The translations under genes were made by a program, and so were the position numbers. This document shows, one piece after another, positions 48,669-57,687 of a stretch of 64,000 nt of DNA. Numbering within the stretch: position 1 is the stretch's first letter; each line of letters starts with the position of its first letter. This stretch comes from Candidatus Woesearchaeota archaeon (GTDB lineage: Archaea; Nanobdellota; Nanobdellia; Woesearchaeales; GW2011-AR9). The notes below the pieces were generated by a model. The model was not told the origin of the DNA. It ran no database searches and saw nothing but the letters and a program-made list of their open reading frames with translations. The stretch lies in assembly GCA_018303445.1 (NCBI GenBank), contig JAGVYE010000001.1, positions 2,571 to 66,570 on the forward strand, read 5' to 3'.

Positions 48669-49397
48669 ATGAATGAAAAACAGATGATAGACAAGATGGG
48701 GTATGATCGTTCTATTACGATGTTTTCTCCCGATGGGAGGTTATTACAAGTTGAATATGCTAAAAAAACGGTTCGCCAAGGTTCTACGGCGATGGGAATC
48801 GTCTGTAAAGATGGAGTGGTTTTCGTTTCCGACAAGCGTATTACTTCTTCATTAATGGTTCCAGAAGCCATTGAAAAAATGTTCCGAATTGATGATCATA
48901 TCGGGGCCACGGCGGCGGGAATTATTTCTGATGCTCGTGTCTTGGTTGATAGGGTACAACTGCGAGCCCAGCAGCATGCTGTAACTTATGATTCTAAAAT
49001 AGATATTCTTTCCGTCGTGAAAGAAATCTGCGATTTGAAGCAGGTCTGTACTCAATCCGCTGGCTTACGGCCGTTTGGTGTTTCCATGCTTGTAGGCGGT
49101 GTTGAAGAAGATGGCAGCATTAAATTGTTCTTAACTGAACCGTATGGGTTATATTTCCAGTATAAAGCGGCAGTGATTGGCGAAGGTGAAGTAGAAATTG
49201 ATGCCATTCTGCAGAAAAGATATCGTGCTAATATGAGCGTGGAGGAAGGGATAAAATTAGGTGTCAGCTCCATGAAAGCCTTTCTTAAGACAGATTTCAA
49301 CCCAGAGAGAGTAGATGTGGCGTATATTAAAGCTGATGAACTACGATTTATGAAGTTAAGTGATGATGAGATTAAGAAAGCGGCGAAACAGGTTTAA
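48669..49397 (+). CDS. psmA: Proteasome alpha subunit
   Basis: 'YDRSITMFSPDGRLLQVEYA' alpha-subunit N-terminal signature. Confidence 0.9.
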   Translation: MNEKQMIDKMGYDRSITMFSPDGRLLQVEYAKKTVRQGSTAMGIVCKDGVVFVSDKRITSSLMVPEAIEKMFRIDDHIGATAAGIISDARVLVDRVQLRAQQHAVTYDSKIDILSVVKEICDLKQVCTQSAGLRPFGVSMLVGGVEEDGSIKLFLTEPYGLYFQYKAAVIGEGEVEIDAILQKRYRANMSVEEGIKLGVSSMKAFLKTDFNPERVDVAYIKADELRFMKLSDDEIKKAAKQV

Positions 49398-49451
49398 TGG
49401 TTTATTTTTCTTACTATTCTTTTATTAAACTCGTTTTAGTTGTCTTAAACC

Positions 49452-50144
49452 ATGCCTCAAAAACCAACCATTGCCCGTCTTAAACGTTATGGAAAAACTT
49501 TTGAATTAAGTGTTGATCCAGATAAAGCTTTAGCTTACAAGAAAGGAAGTATTTCTGATGTGGATGAGGTTCTCCACTCTGATTCAATCTTTACTGACGC
49601 AAAAAAAGGGGAACGTCCTTCTGAGGCAGAATTAAAAAAAGTTTTTGCTACGACAGATCAACGGAAAATTGCCGATCTCATTATTCGAGAAGGGGAAATT
49701 CAACACACGGCAGAGCATCGCGCTCAGGAAAAAGAACAACGGAAAAGAAAACTCATTACGATGATTCATACGCAGGCAGTTGATCCGAAAACAGGTTACC
49801 CTCACCCTCCCGAGAGAATCGAAGCCGCTTTAGAGCAAGGAAAGATACATCTCGATGATCATCGACCAGTTGAGCAGCAATTTGATGAGATTATTAAGAA
49901 ATTACGGCCGATAATTCCTATTCATATTGAACAGAAACAACTTGTGGTTATAATTCCAGCAGAATTTGCCGGGAAAATGTATTCGGTCATTCATTCTTCT
50001 GGGAGAGTTCTTAAAGAAGACTGGCTGTCAAATGGAAACTGGAGTGTTAAACTGGAATTGCCGGCAGGGCTGGTTTCTGAGTTTATCGATAAAATGAATT
50101 CGCTGACGCATGGAGAAGTCATAGTAGAAATGGAGAAAAAATAG
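49452..50144 (+). CDS. sdo1: Ribosome maturation protein SDO1/SBDS
   Basis: 'IARLKRYGKTFELSVDPDKALAYKKG' FYSH domain. 230 aa. Confidence 0.8.
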   Translation: MPQKPTIARLKRYGKTFELSVDPDKALAYKKGSISDVDEVLHSDSIFTDAKKGERPSEAELKKVFATTDQRKIADLIIREGEIQHTAEHRAQEKEQRKRKLITMIHTQAVDPKTGYPHPPERIEAALEQGKIHLDDHRPVEQQFDEIIKKLRPIIPIHIEQKQLVVIIPAEFAGKMYSVIHSSGRVLKEDWLSNGNWSVKLELPAGLVSEFIDKMNSLTHGEVIVEMEKK

Positions 50145-50172
50145 GGTAAGAGTTACTTTTAGCTGAAGCTTG

Positions 50173-51120
50173 CAAAACCAGGCTTGTCCAGAAAGGAATA
50201 AAAGTGTATACTGAATGTCATTGGTTATGACACAAACAACAATTCAGTATACACTAAAACATGAATTTCTTTCTGAAATTCTTAAACTTTATCATGGAAT
50301 GGATCTACCTTTATATGATAACCATTTTGGACCAAGGATTTACTCAGAGTTTCAAAAGCTTTCATTGGTCGTCTTGTTCAGACGATCCAAGAAAGTTCTG
50401 CGTGATTTTATCGCAGAACTGTTTGAGTCAAAGTGACTTTCTTGGCTTGATTTTAAGCAAATTCCCAGCAAAAGCGTGCTTCATGATTGGTGTACAAAGT
50501 ACACCGTTGAGTTCATTCGTAAACTCAACAGAACTCTTTTGCAAAATAAGAAGCCAAAACTCATGGCAGTTGATGCAACAGGAGTAGATGCATATCAACG
50601 AAGCAAACATTATGAAAAGCGAGCAAAGATAGAAGCGAAATTCAACAAGTTAAGTCTTTTTATTGACGTAGAAAACCATTTGATTTACGATCATGTCTTG
50701 CAGATGAAGCCACGACATGACGTCAAAGCAGCAGAAAGTATCTTTAAAAGAACATCTCTACGAGAGGTGAAGATACTCGGTGATAAAGGTTATGATAGTG
50801 AGCCATTACATGAAATAGTACAAAGTAAACAAAACATCTTGTTTACTCCCGTGAGAAAAAGCTCGCGGAGTAAACCTAAAGGTAAGAATAGAAGAAGATG
50901 CACGAAGGGAGATGGGCAATATAATCTGAGACCAAATGTTGAAAGCTGTATTCACAGCTTAAAGAAACGAAGGATACCTATTTTGCGAAGCAGATTACAC
51001 TTTATGAAAAAGAGAGAAATGGCGGTCCATATATTGATTCATAATATGGAGAAATTAAGTAAAGCTGTCCGGTTTTACATCAGAATGATGCTCAGCATCA
51101 TTCTGGACAAGCCTGTTTCC
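50173..51120 (+). mobile_element. Insertion sequence (~0.95 kb) with 15-bp perfect terminal inverted repeats CAGGCTTGTCCAGAA (50179-50193 / 51101-51115) and an internal left-end hairpin (gtgtatactgaat...attcagtatacac)
   Basis: The inverted repeats were read directly. The DDE transposase ORF lies between them. Confidence 0.55.
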
Positions 51121-51174
51121 AAAGCAATCATTAAAAGAAAAGATGGGAAGTACCTTCTAATTGAAAAGGGCTGA
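50215..51174 (+). pseudogene. IS4/IS5-like DDE transposase interrupted by an in-frame TGA (50434-50436); both ORF-track pieces (50215..50436, 50476..51174) are in one frame
   Basis: The translation is continuous across the stop ('...AELFESK*LSWLDFKQIPSKSVLHDWCTKY...'). DDE-like 'MAVDATGVD' and 'ILGDKGYDS'. Confidence 0.55.
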
Positions 51175-51484
51175 ACATAGTAAGAGTTTTCTTAAGTTAT
51201 GGGATTTTACTGGGGGGAAACAGGAACCCGGCGAAACTCCCACACAAGCGGTTATACGAGAAACAAGAGAAGAAACTTCATACGACATTGAGCCTGGTCT
51301 CGAGATTAAAAAAGCTGAGTATCATGATGCAAAAAAGATCTCCTTTTCCATTTTTTTGTTTCTAAAATAATCTCAGGGAAATTAAAACTGAGTAAAGATC
51401 ATTCCGATTTCAAGTCGGTTACCCAGAAACAGATGCAAAAACTTACTTTACATCCCTTCGTTTCATTATTCTTTGCTCAGTGCT
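51116..51484 (+). pseudogene. Nudix hydrolase gene remnant abutting the IS right end; N-terminus in IS-overlapping frame, frameshifted
   Basis: 'KAIIKRKDGKYLLIEK' in one frame, then Nudix box 'GGKQEPGETPTQAVIRETREETS' in another. C-terminal part sits in a third frame. Confidence 0.45.
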
Positions 51485-51524
51485 CCAAAGTGAATAAAAA
51501 CTAAAACAAAAAAATAAAGCCCAT

Positions 51525-52514
51525 TTAGGAGTAAATCAATCCTGCCACATTTTTTTCTTTAATTATACCTTCGGCATACAAAGTTTCAGCAACTTCTTCT
51601 AACTCTTCCCTCGTAATTTCCGAAGATGTTGCATATGAGGGGATCTTTATACCTTTAAGCAGAGATCGTTCATACCCTGTATGCTTTGCCAAAATCTCAA
51701 TCGTTTCACTAGGATTCTCTCTCATGTATTCAATTGATTTATCAGTCGCTTTGATAATCTTGCGAGCCGTTTTAGGGTCTTTTTGAAAAAGCTCTGAAGA
51801 GAGTGCACTTCCAGCAAATGTCGTTAAGAGATTTTTAACGGGTTCTTCATAGATTATCTTTGCCATTTTTTTGTTGACGCCAAAACTACATATGGGTTCA
51901 ACGGCAAAGAGAGCGTCAACTTTCCCTGTTTCCAGCGAAGATAATTGCAACTTTGGATCTATGCCTTGGACTTGAACTTCATCCATGCCTATTCCTATCG
52001 TTTTCAGAGTTGCTTTAATCCATAATGGGGCAAATGTTCCTGGAAGAGTTGCAATATTTTTTCCTTTAAGATCTTTAATATTGTCCATAGTAGAGTCACT
52101 CTTAACTAGAACACAACTAATCCGTGAATCGCGTGTAACTCTCTGAGTGGTAAATACTTTAAGTGAGCCTGGCGATTTTTCTTCAAGACTTAGTATTGCT
52201 TCTAAGTTTGCTCCTCCTATAGCCGCATCTATTTTTCCTGTCGCCACTGCTGTTACCATCTGATTAGTGGAATCAAACGGGACTATTTGCACTTCTAACT
52301 TTTCTTCCGTAAAAAAACCTTTTTCTAAGCCAATAAAAAGCGGCAAATAGGCTAAATGCTTCTTATACCCTATTTCTACTTTCTCCAGGCTCTCCAAACT
52401 TTCAATTTTTTTTTCCACCCTTGAAACTTGTGTTGTGCAACTCGTTAATAAAATAACAAGGCACACCACGCCTAACCATCTCAACATATTTTCTTTCATT
52501 TTTCTTCCCTCCAA
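51525..52514 (-). CDS. ABC transporter substrate-binding lipoprotein (NitT/TauT/SsuA family)
   Basis: Lipobox 'LTSCTT'. NMT1-like fold. Operon with permease and ATPase. Confidence 0.65.
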   Translation of the reverse strand: MEGRKMKENMLRWLGVVCLVILLTSCTTQVSRVEKKIESLESLEKVEIGYKKHLAYLPLFIGLEKGFFTEEKLEVQIVPFDSTNQMVTAVATGKIDAAIGGANLEAILSLEEKSPGSLKVFTTQRVTRDSRISCVLVKSDSTMDNIKDLKGKNIATLPGTFAPLWIKATLKTIGIGMDEVQVQGIDPKLQLSSLETGKVDALFAVEPICSFGVNKKMAKIIYEEPVKNLLTTFAGSALSSELFQKDPKTARKIIKATDKSIEYMRENPSETIEILAKHTGYERSLLKGIKIPSYATSSEITREELEEVAETLYAEGIIKEKNVAGLIYS

Positions 52515-53284
52515 TGGAATATTTTTTTCTCGATACTGTTGAATAGAAAAGTTATTCCCGAACCAGTGATTCCTAAGAGTATGATCACTGCGTACATTGT
52601 ATCTGTTTCAAATTGAAGTTGGCTGTTTACTAACATCTGGCCAAGGCCATAATTCGTACCGAGGAGCATTTCTGTTACAATCACTACGATGAGTGTAACG
52701 GAGATAGCAATTCTCAATCCAGTGAAAATATAAGGGCATGCTTCTGGCAGCAGCACTTTGAAAAGCAGGGTCGATTTCTTTAATTTGTACAAATGATAAA
52801 AGTGTTTTCGCATCTTACTCGAGTTTATCAAACCATACTTTGTATTAATCAGAATAATCACGCCACTTGCGGTTATCGCGACGGCAATTCTAGAAAAGTC
52901 AGAAACGCCTAAAAAAAGGATAAATAACGGAAATAATACTATCCCTGGAATTGATCGAAAAAAATCAATGCTTTTCTCTGTAAATCTATCCAAAGTCGTA
53001 TAAAAACCGAAGATTAAACCAAAGCTTACTCCTAAAAGTGTAGCAAGGATAAAAGACACGAGTACGCGGAGAGTGGTGGCTAAGAAATTATAAAAGAATT
53101 CTTCCTCAGCAAAAAAAAGCAAGAATTTAACAAAAACTGCGTGAGGCGAAGGCAGAATTAAACTATGCACTACCTGGAATAAGTACAGGAGTTCCCAAAG
53201 CACTAAAAATCCCAAAAACACGAAATAATTTTCCAAAAAACGTTTAATGTAAACATTCATTGAGAACCTCCTTTCGCAGTTCAC
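52496..53284 (-). CDS. ABC transporter permease (NitT/TauT family)
   Basis: 6 TM helices, EAA-like loop region. Confidence 0.65.
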   Translation of the reverse strand: MNCERRFSMNVYIKRFLENYFVFLGFLVLWELLYLFQVVHSLILPSPHAVFVKFLLFFAEEEFFYNFLATTLRVLVSFILATLLGVSFGLIFGFYTTLDRFTEKSIDFFRSIPGIVLFPLFILFLGVSDFSRIAVAITASGVIILINTKYGLINSSKMRKHFYHLYKLKKSTLLFKVLLPEACPYIFTGLRIAISVTLIVVIVTEMLLGTNYGLGQMLVNSQLQFETDTMYAVIILLGITGSGITFLFNSIEKKIFHWREEK

Positions 53285-53963
53285 TAAAATGAACAGAATT
53301 TAGAATTCCCAGTTCTCTCTCGTTACCAAAAGGTACCAAAATCTCTTTCTTGATTTGTGTTGGTTTTTCAGAAAGAACGATAATCCTATCGGCGAGAAAA
53401 AGTGCTTCATCAATATTATGAGAAACAAAAAGAACAGTTGGAGTATATTTCTCAAATAAGTCACGGACTTTCTTATAGAGGTTTTTTGCGATGGAAAAAT
53501 CTAATGATTTAAATGGCTCATCTAGTAAAATGAGCGAACTATGGTGAAGAAGCGCCCTTGTTAAAAGGACAAGTTGAGCCATTCCCCCAGATAACTCGTA
53601 AGGGTAGTTATTTCTAAATTCTTTTAACTTTGTAAATTCTAATAATTCCTCCAATAATCGTTCGTCTATCTCTTTTATAGATGAAGGAAACACTATATTT
53701 TGTTTATTTGTAAGCCACGGCAAGAGCATAATGGACGGATTTTGGCTCACAAAATCTATCTTTGCCGTTGAAGTAAAAATGAACCCTTGATAAGGGGTAA
53801 GCCCAATAATTGCCTGAAGCAGCGACGATTTACCACAACCATTAGGTCCAAGAAGGCACACAACCTCTTCTTTTTTGAGGTTTAAATTAATGCTCCTGAC
53901 AACTTCTAATTGCCCATACCTAATGTTTAATTTATCAATTTGTAAAGCTGCATGTTCTTTCAT
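53244..53963 (-). CDS. ABC transporter ATP-binding protein
   Basis: Walker A 'LLGPNGCGKSSLL', signature 'LSGGMAQ', Walker B 'ILLDEPF'. Confidence 0.8.
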   Translation of the reverse strand: MKEHAALQIDKLNIRYGQLEVVRSINLNLKKEEVVCLLGPNGCGKSSLLQAIIGLTPYQGFIFTSTAKIDFVSQNPSIMLLPWLTNKQNIVFPSSIKEIDERLLEELLEFTKLKEFRNNYPYELSGGMAQLVLLTRALLHHSSLILLDEPFKSLDFSIAKNLYKKVRDLFEKYTPTVLFVSHNIDEALFLADRIIVLSEKPTQIKKEILVPFGNERELGILNSVHFSELRKEVLNECLH

Positions 53964-54061
53964 TTTACCACTTAGTAGTTAGAGAAATAACAAGTATATT
54001 AATTATTGTAATAATATAAGATTACGACAGATTTAAATTAGAGAACCATTTTCTGTTTTCT

Positions 54062-54802
54062 GTGGACACCGCTATTTTCCAAGAAATTGGTTTAACCAAG
54101 AACGAAACAAAAGTGTATCTTACATTGTTAGAACTTGGCAGCACCTCGGCAGGACCTCTTATTAAAAATGTCGGCATGCATCGCGCTGCAGTTTACAACT
54201 TACTTGACTTGCTCATCAGCAAAGGACTAGTTTCGTATGTTATGCAGGCGAATCGCAAATATTTTCAGGCTCAAGATCCAGAATGTTTGGTCGAATATAT
54301 CGAAATGAAAAGACGTGAACTAGAAACCAAAGAAAATGAACTTAAGCGTCTCCTTCCGGAATTGCAAAAAAAAAGAAAATTAATTACTGAAGAGCAGGAA
54401 GGAACAATCTACAAAGGGAAAAAAGGCTTAAAGTCAATACTAGAAGATATTTTAAAAACAAAAAGTCCATTCCTCGTTTTTGGTGCCACTGGCCAATTTA
54501 AAGAGTTGTTTGGGGCTTATTTTATCCATTTTCATAATCGGCGTGCCAAAGCTAACATTTCCTTAAAAATCATATACAACGAACACCTTAGAGTTCAACA
54601 ACGTGAAAGAGAATTATCGAAAGCTGAAATTCATTATCTTCCTAAAGAGTACATAACACCCTCTACAACATACATCTGGAGTAATAGTGTAGCTGTTATT
54701 CAATGGAGTTCAGAACCTATGGCTTTTGTTATAAAAAGCAAATCCATTGCTGACTCTTATAAATCTTTTTTTAATGTTTTGTGGAAATCAGCTTCTCCTT
54801 AA
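54062..54802 (+). CDS. TrmB-family transcriptional regulator (GTG start)
   Basis: 'IGLTKNETKVYLTLLELGSTSAGPLIKNVGMHRAAVYNLLDLLISKGLV' winged-HTH of TrmB. Divergent from the ABC operon. Confidence 0.65.
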   Translation: MDTAIFQEIGLTKNETKVYLTLLELGSTSAGPLIKNVGMHRAAVYNLLDLLISKGLVSYVMQANRKYFQAQDPECLVEYIEMKRRELETKENELKRLLPELQKKRKLITEEQEGTIYKGKKGLKSILEDILKTKSPFLVFGATGQFKELFGAYFIHFHNRRAKANISLKIIYNEHLRVQQRERELSKAEIHYLPKEYITPSTTYIWSNSVAVIQWSSEPMAFVIKSKSIADSYKSFFNVLWKSASP

Positions 54803-54878
54803 CTTTCATCCCCACTTAGTTGCACGCAAACTACTTAAATAACTGGCAATCTAGGAAAAATAAACTCGGGGGAGAACT

Positions 54879-56588
54879 ATGGTAAACGAGATTCTTGATG
54901 AAGTTGCACATAAAACAGAAGAGCATGAGTTCTATAATCCTCTGCCAGAGGGCTATCAAAAAGGACGAACGAAGTATATTATTGTCTATGGAACAGTGAT
55001 GTCGGGATTAGGCAAAGGGATTTTTGCCGGTTCGTTAGCGAAACTTTTGCAGTTGAAAGGTCTTAACACTACTTTAATGAAATTTGATGGATATCTTAAC
55101 GCAGATGCCGGGACATTAAATCCATTTCGGCATGGAGAGGTTTTTGTTCTCGATGATGGCACGGAAGGGGATATGGATTTAGGCACCTATGAGAGATTTC
55201 TCGAGAAAGATATTACTCAAAATAATTACCTTACGGGAGGAAAGTTATTCACAACGATTCTCGACAGAGAAAGAAAAGGGACTTATTTAGGGAGGGACGT
55301 CCAGTTTATTCCTCATGTTACGGGGGAAATAAAACGTTTTGTCCGTCATTTGGCCGTATCTTCTGGTGCGGATGTTGTTTTTGTTGAAGTAGGTGGTACA
55401 GTAGGGGATATTGAGAATAATTATTTCATTGAAGCGATGCGGGAATTGCAGTATGAAGAAGGGAGAGAGAATGTTTGTAATGTGGCCTTAACCTATGTCC
55501 TAGAACCGGGATTTTTAGGAGAGCAGAAAAGCAAGGCAGCTCAGTTAGGCTTACGAACGTTAATGGCCATTGGCGTGCAACCAGACATCATTGCCTGTCG
55601 TTGTGATCATGAAGTGACGCGGAAAGTGAGGGAGAAAATAAGTGTTTCTTCAAATGTTCCATTCGAAAGGGTAGTAAGCGTGCATGATTGTGAGAGTGTG
55701 TACTTTATTCCTCAACTCTTACAGGAAGCGCGGTTGGATGAACAGACTATCAATTTGTTAGGATTACACATGAGAGTGAAAGAGGATCTAGAATCACGAG
55801 GAAAATGGGAATCATTTGTAGAAAAAATGAAAAAAATGCAAAAAGAAGTCGTCGTGGCGATGACGGGAAAATATACTCAGCTGAGAGATTCTTATGCTTC
55901 TATTTTGAAAGCCTTGGAACATGCCGGAACAAATCTTGGCGTTAAAGTTCAAATAAAATGGATCGACACCACTGAACTTAATGAAAAGATGGTAGAGAGT
56001 GAATTACGCCTGGTCGATGGTATTATTGTTCCTGGAGCGTTTGGTTCACGGGGTGCGGAAGGAAAAATTGCTTGTGTAAAATATGCACGGGTGAATAAAC
56101 TTCCTTATCTTGGCCTGTGCTACGGTTTTCAAATGGCACTCATCGAGTATGCACGAAATGTTTGTGGTTTGCGAGAAGCAAATAGCACCGAGATTGAAGC
56201 AAAAACGCCTCATCCGGTTATTGATATTCTCCCAGAACAAAAAAGCATCCATTCTTTAGGTGGTAATATGCGTTTAGGTGGACAGGATATTGAAATAAGG
56301 GAAGGAACATTTGCATATTCACTCTATGGATCTCGTCTGGCACGGGAACGTTTTCGACACCGCTGGGAGTGCAATCCTCAGTACATTAAAATGTTTGAGG
56401 AGAAAGGAATTATATTTTCAGGAAAAGCACCAGGAAGGGAAATCATGCAGATTTTTGAACTGCCACGGAATTTGCATCCTTATTTTATGGCCACGCAGGC
56501 ACATCCTGAATTCCGCTCCAGGCCGTTACAGCCAAATCCGATGTATCTGGGATTCTTGAATGCAGTTATAAATAAGAAATTTCCTTGA
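54879..56588 (+). CDS. pyrG: CTP synthase
   Basis: 'KYIIVYGTVMSGLGKG' synthase N-terminus. GATase 'LGLCYGFQ'. 569 aa. Confidence 0.9.
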   Translation: MVNEILDEVAHKTEEHEFYNPLPEGYQKGRTKYIIVYGTVMSGLGKGIFAGSLAKLLQLKGLNTTLMKFDGYLNADAGTLNPFRHGEVFVLDDGTEGDMDLGTYERFLEKDITQNNYLTGGKLFTTILDRERKGTYLGRDVQFIPHVTGEIKRFVRHLAVSSGADVVFVEVGGTVGDIENNYFIEAMRELQYEEGRENVCNVALTYVLEPGFLGEQKSKAAQLGLRTLMAIGVQPDIIACRCDHEVTRKVREKISVSSNVPFERVVSVHDCESVYFIPQLLQEARLDEQTINLLGLHMRVKEDLESRGKWESFVEKMKKMQKEVVVAMTGKYTQLRDSYASILKALEHAGTNLGVKVQIKWIDTTELNEKMVESELRLVDGIIVPGAFGSRGAEGKIACVKYARVNKLPYLGLCYGFQMALIEYARNVCGLREANSTEIEAKTPHPVIDILPEQKSIHSLGGNMRLGGQDIEIREGTFAYSLYGSRLARERFRHRWECNPQYIKMFEEKGIIFSGKAPGREIMQIFELPRNLHPYFMATQAHPEFRSRPLQPNPMYLGFLNAVINKKFP

Positions 56589-56644
56589 GTTACTCTTTTC
56601 TGAATACCTCTTGTTTCAGTGGCTTAATAGAAAATCTTGAAAAA

Positions 56645-56753
56645 GTTGCCTACTCGCCACCCTAGATAGGGCATCCCCCAGCTCGTCAATCGTCAGCATG
56701 ATCTCACGGAAAGGTGTGGCCATGCTCATGTTGACGATTACGGCAACTTTTTC
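56645..56753 (+). ncRNA. GC-rich (~55% GC) ~100-nt structured element closed by gttgcc/ggcaac stem and followed by T5; candidate sRNA or complex terminator between pyrG and secF
   Basis: Nested inverted repeats (aatcgtc/gacgatt, gcatg/catgc, gttgcc/ggcaac). GC content stands out against the ~35% GC background. Confidence 0.3.
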
Positions 56754-56802
56754 TATAGAGTCTGTTTCAGCATAATCTTTATATAGCGACCTCCAATTTT
56801 GT

Positions 56803-57687
56803 TTGTCTATGAAACTGCGAGAAATCTATGAGCAGCATTATAAGAAACTGTTAATAATCCCTTTTTCTTTGCTCCTCTTTGCTTTTATTCAAATCAGTGT
56901 TCAATATGCAGCAACAGGTGATTTTGTCAATCGTGGAATTAGCCTTAAAGGTGGTTCGACGATTACTTTTGAGTATCACCCTTCCTTTAATGCAGCAGAT
57001 ATTGAGAAGGCGCTACAAGAAAAATTTCCGAAAGCTCAACTCACCCTGAGAACTCTTACGTCAGCGGGACGAACAATTGGTTTCGCTCTCGATGCTGATG
57101 CCCAAGAAGGAGAAGAAATTAATGCTTTATTGACGGTCTTAAAGCAATTAACAAAACTGGACAAAGAAAAATTTAGCGTTGAGGTGACGGGCTCTTCGTT
57201 AAGTGAGAGTTTCTTTCAGCAAACCATAACCGCTCTTCTGATCGCTTTTCTTTTAATGGGGATTGTTGTTTTATTATATTTCAGGACAATTGCCCCAACT
57301 ATGGCGGTGATTATGGCGGCGTTTTCAGACATTGTGGTAACGTTGGCAATCTTTAATCTTACAGGAATTAAATTAAGCACGGCCGGAATTGCGGCTTTTT
57401 TGATGCTCATTGGTTATTCTGTTGATACGGACATCCTTCTTAGTACCAGAATGTTACGGCGGACTGATGTTCCGATGATGCAGCGCATTTACAGTTCTAT
57501 TAAGACTGGTCTGACGATGACCGGAACAAGTTTAGCAGCGATCTTAATTGCGATGATCATGGTGCCTAATGAGGTGGTGAGGCAAATTATGATAATTTTG
57601 TTTATTGGCCTGCTTGTGGATATAGTTATGACCTACATTCAGAATGTAGGGATATTGCGGATGTATCTTGAGGGGAAGGCAAAATGA
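56803..57687 (+). CDS. secF: Protein-export membrane protein SecF (archaeal)
   Basis: 294 aa, 6 TM helices, 'LIGYSVDTDILL'. Overlaps secD by ATGA. Confidence 0.7.
   Translation: MSMKLREIYEQHYKKLLIIPFSLLLFAFIQISVQYAATGDFVNRGISLKGGSTITFEYHPSFNAADIEKALQEKFPKAQLTLRTLTSAGRTIGFALDADAQEGEEINALLTVLKQLTKLDKEKFSVEVTGSSLSESFFQQTITALLIAFLLMGIVVLLYFRTIAPTMAVIMAAFSDIVVTLAIFNLTGIKLSTAGIAAFLMLIGYSVDTDILLSTRMLRRTDVPMMQRIYSSIKTGLTMTGTSLAAILIAMIMVPNEVVRQIMIILFIGLLVDIVMTYIQNVGILRMYLEGKAK

Noticed and set aside
50261-50587. 108-aa ORF in an alternative frame inside the IS element as a second transposase gene (OrfA/OrfB arrangement)
   Set aside because: Its translation is low-complexity and it overlaps the better-supported single transposase frame. 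The HTH-like sequence continues across the TGA in the main frame instead.
56589-56802. A C/D-box sRNA between pyrG and secF
   Set aside because: No RUGAUGA C box or CUGA D box in the appropriate arrangement was found. The element is kept only as a generic structured-RNA or terminator candidate.
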